Positions 13,201 to 22,200 of a DNA stretch of 64,000 nt are shown here, piece by piece. The first letter of the stretch is position 1; every line of letters starts with the position of its first letter. The notes beneath the pieces were generated by a model. That model did no database searches and was not told the DNA's origin. It saw only the letters and a program-made list of their open reading frames with translations. The DNA is from Devosia sp. (lineage in GTDB: Bacteria > Pseudomonadota > Alphaproteobacteria > Rhizobiales > Devosiaceae): NCBI GenBank assembly GCA_041916695.1, contig JAYRZA010000013.1, positions 34,990 through 98,989 on the forward strand, in the 5' to 3' direction. A program made the translations under genes and the position numbers.

Positions 13201-16200
13201 GCGGCTGCGACGACGGTCGCGGTGATGGTCTGGGCAGACACCGCCTCGACCTTGACGTCCCCACCCGCGGTGACGTCCGACCCGGAGATAGTGGCCGATA
13301 CCTTGGCTGTTCCCGTGGCGGCGGCAACGGAATCGAACGGATCCTCGTCGTCCACCAGTGCCTGGTAGTCGTCGCTGTCGCCGCTCCAGTCGCCGACCCG
13401 GTTGAGGGCCACGGCGATACCGATGCCGACGCCGACACCGGCAGCGCCGCCACCGACCGCAACGGCCACCGCACCGATGGTGGCCGAGATCGTCGAGGTG
13501 CTCTCGGCCTTGAGGGTCGTATCGCCAAACGAGGTGACGCCGGTATCGACAATGGAGGCGATCACGTCGCCCGTAATGCTGTTGCGCGCCGCCGCGCCGG
13601 CACCGCTGACAGCGACACCGGCGGAGAGCCCGATCCCGACGGCCAGCGACGCGGCGTAAGCCTCCGCGGTGATCGTGGCATTGCGCTTGGCGTTCAGGGC
13701 GACATTGCCAGCGGTCGTGTTGAGGCTCGATGCGTCATCGACCTTGGCGGTAACGTCGGAGTCGATCTCATTGAGAGCGATGGCAATACCGAGGGCAACG
13801 GAGACGCCCACCGATCCGATCGACACCGCGACCGCGGCTGCTCCGGTGAGGACGGTGATGGCCGACCGGTCCTCGGCTTCCACGCGGATCGAGCCTGCAG
13901 AGACGTCACTGGTGCTGCCGTCAATGATGGCCGAAGTCGCTATGCGGATGGCGTTGTGCGTTCCCGCCCCGGCCCCGCCCAGCGCGACGCCGACCGAACC
14001 GCCTATACCGATGGCGATCGAGGCGGCGACAACGGTTGCGCTGATCGTCTCCTCGGAGAACGCCCTGACCTTCACCTCGCCCGCAGCGGTGATGTCGCTG
14101 CCGGAAATCTTGGCGAGCACGACCGACTGGCCGCCGCCGGAAGCTCCGATGATGTTCTCGGCGACGGATACGCCGAACCCAACGGCCACGCCGTTGTTGG
14201 GGCCGATCGCGGCGGCAAATGACGCAGCGACGATGACCGCCGAAATGCTCGAAGTCTCCGTCGCAGACACCGTGACGGCACCGCCGGAGGTGACCGTCGA
14301 ATCGATGACCTGCGACTTGACGTCGACGCCAATGTCGTTGAACGCCAGAGCACCGCCAGCGCTGACGGCCACACTGGAACCGATCGACACGGCCGCCGAG
14401 AACGCCACGGCCGCCGCTTCGGCCGAGATCGTGGAGTCGTCAGTCGCCGTGAGGCTAGTGCCGCCAGTGCTGTTGGTGGCCTTGAGAACCGTCGAGTCCT
14501 CGAGCTTGGCCTCGGTGGTCCCCTTGATGTCGTTGAGTGCGAGACCGAGACCAACGGCTATGTCGACAGAATTGCCGCCGGAGAACGAGGCCGCAACGCT
14601 CGCTGCATAGGCCTTGGCGCTGACCTCGTTATCGCTTTCCGCGCCGACCTCCAGCCCATCGTCGCCGATAGTGAGTGTCGAGTGCCCGGGGGTGTCGCCG
14701 CCATCGATGATCGCAGTGGTGTCGGCGGCGATGCGGTTCTGTACGGCGGCCCCGCCGACGCTGACCTGCGTGGCGTTGCCAACGGAAGCGCCGACGGCCA
14801 CGGCGGCAGCGGCGACGAATCCGTCGATGCTCGCCTCCGACTTCGACTCGACCTTGACCTTCTTGCCGGTAACCGTTGCGTTGCGGATGCTGGCGCTGGT
14901 GGTCAGCGGGTCGGCCGCTCCCTTGTCGAGAATGCTGCCGGCATAGCCGATATAGTTGAAGGCAAGTGCCGCGCCGATGGCGACGCCGGTCGCAGAACTC
15001 GAGAAGCTGCCCTGGAAGGAAATGGCGGCCGCTAGCACGGTCGAGGCGATTTGCGCCGAATTGCCGGCGTGGACAAGCACCTCGCCGGCGGCCGCGGCTA
15101 CCACCGAGTCGGCGATAGTCGCCGTGACGTTGCCGCGGATGGTATTGAACGAAACGACGCCGCCGCCGGACACGCCGACAGCGCCACCACCGGTCACGGC
15201 GGCCGAGATCGCGGCCGCGGCCGCGGTGCTGTCGATGGTCGCGGACTGGTCTGCGCTGATGGAGACTGAAGCTGCGGAGATATCATCAACGTTGTCGATC
15301 GAGGCCTCGATATCGGCGTCCACCACATTGCGGGAGACCACGAGGCTGACAGAGATCCCCTTGGACTGACCGCTGCCGAGATTGAGAGCGAGCGAGATGA
15401 CCGGCTGAATGACGACCGAGGTGATGTCGGCCGAGTTGTCCGCATCCACGGTTATCGCTCCCGTCACGTGGATGGAGCCGCTGTCGGCGATGGTTGCCGA
15501 TGCGTCGGCATTGACGCGGTTGAGGGCCACGACCAGCCCGACGCTGATCGCATTGCCGCCGTCGAAACCGGCGCGGATGGTCTGCACGTAGTTGGAGATT
15601 TCGGCGTTGATCAACTGCGTGGAGTGCGCCTCGACGGTCAACGCACCGCTGGCGGTGATGTCGCTTGCCTCAATGCTGGCGCTGGCGCTCAGCGGAGGTG
15701 CTCCGGACAGGGTCGACACAAGATCGGTGCCGACCAGGGCGTCGGCAGTGTTGAACAGGAAATTCTGGCCCTGCACGCCCACGGAGTTGAAGGCCAGCAC
15801 GATACCGACGGACGTCTGGCGCGAAATGGTGTCGGCATCGAGCGTCGCCGTGATGCTGCTGTCGTTGGTGGCCGAAACGTCCACGTCGACGACCGAGAGC
15901 ACCGCGCTGTCCTCGAGCAGCGCGCTCGTCGTTCCCACCACGTTGTTGGTGGCGATGACGGCGTTGACCGCGATGGAGTCGGACTTGCTGGTTGTGCCGC
16001 CGGTGACTTCGACGCGGGCGACAAGATCGGCCTCGATCGTGCCGGTTTCCGTCGCGGCAATCTCGAGATTGCCGGTCAGCGTCAGCTCAGCGGAACTGAC
16101 GCGAGCGATGGAATTGCCCTCGACGAGGTTGAGAATCGCCATCGCGCCGACACCGGTGGCGCTGCCGCCGGCCAGGCTCGGGATGTTGTCGTTGATGAAG

Positions 16201-19200
16201 TCGACGATCGTGTCGACGTCGTAGACAGACCAGGCCGCATCCTGGGTGATCAGGCCGCCAAGGTCGATTGTCGCGTCCGGGCCGGAATAGCGGTAGAGCT
16301 TACCTTGAGCTTCCTCTACAGCGTAGTCGTCACCGATGAACACGAGGTCGCCGGACCTGACCAGCTGCGATCCAGACTTCGTGGTGAACTGGTAGTTGTC
16401 AAGCAGCGACTTGATGACGTTGGCGGCAGCGCTGATGCCGTAGTCGTTCTTGATTTCGGCCAGAGCAAGGATGTTGCCGGAGGACACGATGGTGCCCTCG
16501 TCGTCCGCAGTCACGGATACGTTGCCGGCCTCGATCACGGCGGTGCCGGCAGCGCTGTTGTCGATCGTCGCATAGGCGCCGCTCGCAACCTTGTTGCTGG
16601 CGATAAGGAAGCCCAGCGCCTTGCCGTCGGTTCCGGAAATCGAGGTGGACTGCGATGTTGCCTCGTTGCTGACTTCCGCTTCGATAGCGGCGGAGTTCGT
16701 GGAGCTGACCATCAGGTCGCCATCGGCGATGATGGTGCTCGAGGTCACCTTTGCTTCCGTCCGCGCCTCGTTGCGGCCGCCAAAGGCCTCGTCGGCAAGG
16801 AGGTCGTCGCCGAGAATCGCATCAATGCCGTTGAACAGCACGTTCTGCGGCTGCCAACCCACGGAGTTGAACGCCATGGTGACGCCGACGGTGTCGCCGC
16901 CGCTGGTGTAGGCCGTGCTCAGAGTCGTCGCTGCGACGAGGCTGGTGTTGTCTGCAGTGACCGCTACCGATCCTGTCGTCTCGATGCGGGAGAGCTCGAT
17001 CTCGGCAATGGCGCTCGACTGCACCAGGTTGGTCGCAATCGTGCCGTTGATGGCGATCAGGACGTCTTCCGTCGCCTCGCCATCCGGTGGCGGCGGCGGA
17101 CTGAATGCGTCAGAATCGATGGAACTTCCGCCATTCGCGGTTACTGCGCTATCGGCAGTAGCCGAAATGCCCGCTTCTTCGGATGCCGAGACCGACACGC
17201 CGCCGGCGCCGCCATCGACCTCGGAGTTGGTGATGCCGGCGTCGGCGCCGCCGCGCACGTCGTTGAGAACGACCAGGGCGCCTACCGCCTTGGAAGGAGA
17301 AGTGCTGAGGTTGAGCCCCTGCTCGGTGATCGAGGAGACCGGGTCAGCCTTCCAGAAGTTGGTATCGTCGAAATTGGTGGTCAGGAGGTCGGTCTGGAGG
17401 CCGCTCGCGGCCGTCCCCATGTAGGTATAGACCTTGCCCGCGGCCCCACCGATCAGTTGCCACAGGGAAGCGTTGTCGAAGTCCTCGGTCTCGACGTCGG
17501 CGATGACGTAGTCGCCGGTGCCGACATAGAGGTACTTTGGCCCGCTGTCCTCATCCTCGCCGGGCGGCAACTGGATGATATCCCCTTCGACGATGGCCAC
17601 GTTCAGCGGATCCAGCCCGCGCGACGCATCGACCGACGCGGCGGCATAGCCGTTGTCCAGCCTGACGCGATCGCCGAAGACGAGGTTGACCGTCTTCAGG
17701 CCGTTCTGATCCGGGACGGTGTCGTAGTCGGCGTCCAGAAGGTCGTTGACCGTCTCCTGGATAACCGCGAGGCCGGCGTCGTTGGTCACCGATGACTCGG
17801 CAACAAGCTTGACGTTCGAGTAGATCATGCTGGCGTCGTCGGCAGCCACGAAGACGCCGTCCGCCACGATGTCGTTGAGCGGTGCCGAGGTGTTGTCCTC
17901 GATCGTGGCGATGGCCTTGCCGCTGACCTTGTTGCCGGAGATGAGGATGCCATACGAGGCGCCGGTTGCGCCGTACAGGGCCGCCGTCACGGTGTTCGCC
18001 GTATTGGAGACGGTGGAGTTTACCTGTGCGATGTTGTCTGCGGTCACCGAAAGGGCGCCAGCCGCCGCGATCGTGCTGTCGGTCACCCTGGCTGATGCGT
18101 CGGCCCCGACGTTGCCACCGAAACCGTCGTCGGCGATGTAGTTGGCCCCGATGATCGTGTCGACGGTATTGAACAGGAGGTTCTGGGCGTCCCAGCCGAC
18201 GGAGTTGAACGCCAGCGTGATGCCGTAGGCGGTAGCACCCGAAACCCCCGAGGAGTAGAGGCGCGCATCCACCCGCGCATCGTTGACGGCGGAGACCTCG
18301 ACGTCGCTCCCGCTGGTGATGTCGGCATTGTCGATCAGAGCAGCGGCCTTGCCGAGCACGACGTTGGTGGCAATCTGGCCATTGAAGCTGACCACGTCGC
18401 CCGACCCGTTTATGCCGCTGCCGCCGCTCGCGTCCACGGTGCTGGCCAACCGGCTGGAGATGGCGGCGGTATCATCGGCAGAAACCAGCACGTCGCCGTC
18501 GGCTTCGACCGTGACGTTCGCGAGGCTGGCGGTCGCGTCGCCTCGCACGTCGTTGAAGGTGATCGCCAGGCCGATGGAGCGGGCGTTGGTGGTGAACAGA
18601 TTGCCGAAGCTCGGGAAGAACAGATCCTCGAAATCGGCGGTCTGCAGCTGCTGCCACAAGTTTTCGTTGGTGTAGTCCAGGCCGCTGAGGTTGACCGGAC
18701 CGAGATCGGCGTTGCCGATGTAGCGGTACAGGACGCCCGCCTTGCCGTTCGCGAGGTCGCTAGCCGATATCTCCACCCAGACCGCCTCGCCCAGAGAATC
18801 GAGCTGGGCGAGGTCGATCTCGGAAAAGGCGGTGAGCTGGTACTTCGGCATCTCGTCCGGGTCATCCGGCGGAGAAGACGGCCCATTGTAGCGGTAGTAC
18901 TTGCCGTCGGCGCTCTTGATCAGGTCGCCACGGACGATGTCGACGACCTCGTCCGGCAGGTGCTGGCCGGCCATATCGAGTTCGACCGATGCTGTGCTCA
19001 GGCCGACCCTGACTACATCGCCCTCCTTGATCGTCCGCACGCCCGACTGGGTGGTATAGTCGTAACCTGTCAGGCCGAGCCGATCGGCGGCATTGCCCAG
19101 CAGTTGCTGGACGGCGTCGAGGGTGTTCTCGGGGACCGTGGTCGACACCACCGAGATGTCGGCGGACAACCAGCTGTCATTGCTGGCAGTCACCTCAACG

Positions 19201-22200
19201 CTGGCGCCGGCGTCGATTGTGCGGGACGGTTGACCCAGATTGTCGATGAACGCTTCGGCGCTACCATTGACCTTGTTGCTGGCGAGAATGATGGCGGCGG
19301 ACTTGCCTTCGGCCGCGAACTCGCTCGCCACGGCGAAGTCGTTCTCCCACTCCATGGCCGCCTCGGCGCCATTGGTGGCGTCGATTGAAACGGCATTCAC
19401 CGCCTGCACGAGAATGTCGCCGCCAACCACGACCGACGAGTCCTTCACGTAGGCGCTGGTGTTGACGCCCACGTCGGCCTCGAGCACGGCATCGGTGACC
19501 TGATCGGTCCCGATCAGGGTCTCGACCGCGTCAAAGAGCAGGTTCAGCGGCTTGTAGCCAACGGCGTTGAACGCCAGGACCACGACGTTGACGCTTCCCG
19601 ACCCGCCCGCCTGACTCAGCGCGACAGCCTCGATCGACGATGTGCTCTCCGCCGAGACGTCCAGAGAACCGGCAGAAACGGTGCTGTCGTCGATGAATGC
19701 GGCTGCGCCGCCCTGGACGTTGTTGGTGACGGAGATGATGCCGTTCGCATCCCAAGAGTCGATGGTGCTGGTGTCGCTGGCACGGATCGCTCCCGTCTGC
19801 TCCGCGCGAACCTCGACTATGCCCGCCGCTGTCACCTCGGCCCCGCCCGAAATCTCGGCAGTCACGACGCTGTTGACCGTATTCCGGTCGAATATGCCGG
19901 CCGTCGCGGTCGCGTTGCCCATGACCTGCTTGGCGGTCATGCCGATGGCCAGCAGCCCCGACTTGATGATCATCGGGGGAATCAAGCTCTCCGTCGTCAG
20001 CCGCTTCCATAGGCCGAGGTCTGAATAGTCGGCGGTACCGAGATCGACGGCGTCGACAGGCAGCGATCCGTCCGGGCCCATCCACTGGTAGACCACGAGC
20101 GGGTTGTCCTCATCCTCCAGTTCAGGAATGCGTACCTTGTCGCCGAACTGCAGGAGGGCGCTGCCGGATGAACTGGTGTAGTCGTAGTCGTTGATGACGG
20201 TGCCGATGATCTTGTCGGCAATGTTGACGCCGTTCGTGTTGTCGAGTTCCGACGACACTCCCATGCCGGTCACGGCTTCGATCTCGGCGTCGTTCTGTGC
20301 ATCGACGGTGACGCTGTCGGCGTCGACCGTGCCTCCGGAAATCGCGGCGACCGCCGAACTGCTGATCTTGTTGCCGGAGATGACCGCGGCATAGACGCCG
20401 GTGAGGCCGTCGAACAAGGCCGTGATCGAGCCCGAGGCCTCGTTGTCTATGGTCGACGTGATGATCGACGTATTGAGGGCGGAAAGATCCACAGCGCCGC
20501 CAGCCACAATATCGCTGTCGGTAATCGAGGCCTCGACCGTGAAGGGGTTCTCGTGGCGCAACGCGACGTCGCCCTGCCCCGCCGGCTCGGAGATGTTGTG
20601 CACGATGTCGCCGAGAAGTGTCTCGAGCGTGTTGAACAGGAGGTTGCCCCGCTCCCAGCCGATCGTGTTGTTGGCAATCTGGAACGCCGCGGCCCCCCCG
20701 CCGGTGGCCGCGGCGGTGGTGCTGCTTTCGGCCAGGATCCGGGCGTCGTTTGTCGCCGACAGGGTGACGTCGGTGTCCGCCTCAACCGTGCTGTCGACGA
20801 TGCTCGCAGACGTCTGGCCCTGGATCAGGTTGGTCGCGATGATCGCGCTGCGCGCGCCGGTGCTTTCGCCGCTGGTCACGAACGTCAGGAACGACATGAA
20901 TTTGCCCGTGAAGGCTTTCTTCAGCAGCGCGTCCTGATTGAAGGGGCCGCCGCCCTGCGCTTCGTTGTAGACGTCCGAAAGCGCCCCGATATAGGCGGTC
21001 GATTCAGCTGTCACGACCACCGAATCCGCGGTCAGATCCGCATCGCGAACGAAGGCCTCGGCGCCGCCGCGAATATCGTTGAAGACCAGCGACATCCCCA
21101 TGGTGGCGCCGCTGGACGAACGCAGGTTGGTGCCCTCGAGAAGAGCAGTATAGTCGAGTTCGGCCTTCCAGAAGGCGACGTCGCCGAAATCCTGAGCGGC
21201 CAGGTCGACCGTGCCGGAAACGGTCGGTCCCATGTAGGTGTAGACGCTGCCCGGAGTACCGAGGACCTCCTCCCACTCGTCCTCATCCGCGAAGACGGTG
21301 CTGGCCGCCTCCCGGTCGAAATTTATCGTCCGGGGGCCGGTGCCGGCGTACCTATAGAGTTTGCCGGTCTCGCCACCACGCGCCAGCAGAACGATGTCGC
21401 CGGTGTCGACGGTGATCGTCTCGCTCTTGCCGGCCGTCCACAGGTCGTAGTCGAGGCCGACCTTCGCGCCGAAGGTCAGGCCGGTCGGCGCACCCTGGGT
21501 CAACCGGACGTCGGCCTCCATCTGCTCGAATTCACGGGCCGCCGCGTGCAGGCCACCGTCGCTTGCCGCCACGGCGCTCGAAACGATCTTGACGTTGGAC
21601 TGGATGGTCTGCTCGTCGGAAGCGGACACATCGACGGCACCGCCCACCAGCATCGACTTGGCCGCATTCGATGCCCCGCCGTCGATCGTGGCCCGCGCCG
21701 AACGGCTCATCTGGTTGCTGGCGAGAACGGCGCTCACCGCCTTGGCGCTGATCCCGAGGGTTCCGGTTGAATCGACGCGGCTGGTGTTGGAGACCGTGGT
21801 ATTGGCGATCCCCCGCGCCGTTGCCGAGACCAGGACGGCACCACCGATGATCAGCGTCGTGTCGTCGACGCTGGCGACGATGTCGGAGGGGTGCTCGTCG
21901 GTCCAGAAGTCGGTCCCGAGCAGCGCATCGAACGTGGCGGCGGCGATATTGGTGACGGTGAATCCGGCGATGTTCAGCGCTGCGAGACCACTGACCGCCG
22001 TTGCCGAACCGAGGCCGATCGGCGAGCCGACACCGCGGCCATCGATGTTGAGGAAGATGGTGGCATCGAGCGTGCTGTCGTCGGTGGCCGTGACGATCAG
22101 GTCCGACGATGGCCCGAGCGTGTCCACCGTTCCGCCAGACACCGTAGCCGAGGTGCCGCCATTGAGCACGTTGGCCACCAGAACACCGGCTGCGACTGTG

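Noticed and set aside
11000-22100. Possibility that the periodic DNA is a CRISPR array or non-coding satellite
   Set aside because: The repeats are diverged, lack unique spacers of constant size, and stay in one open reading frame with consistent GC-rich third positions. They are coding repeats.
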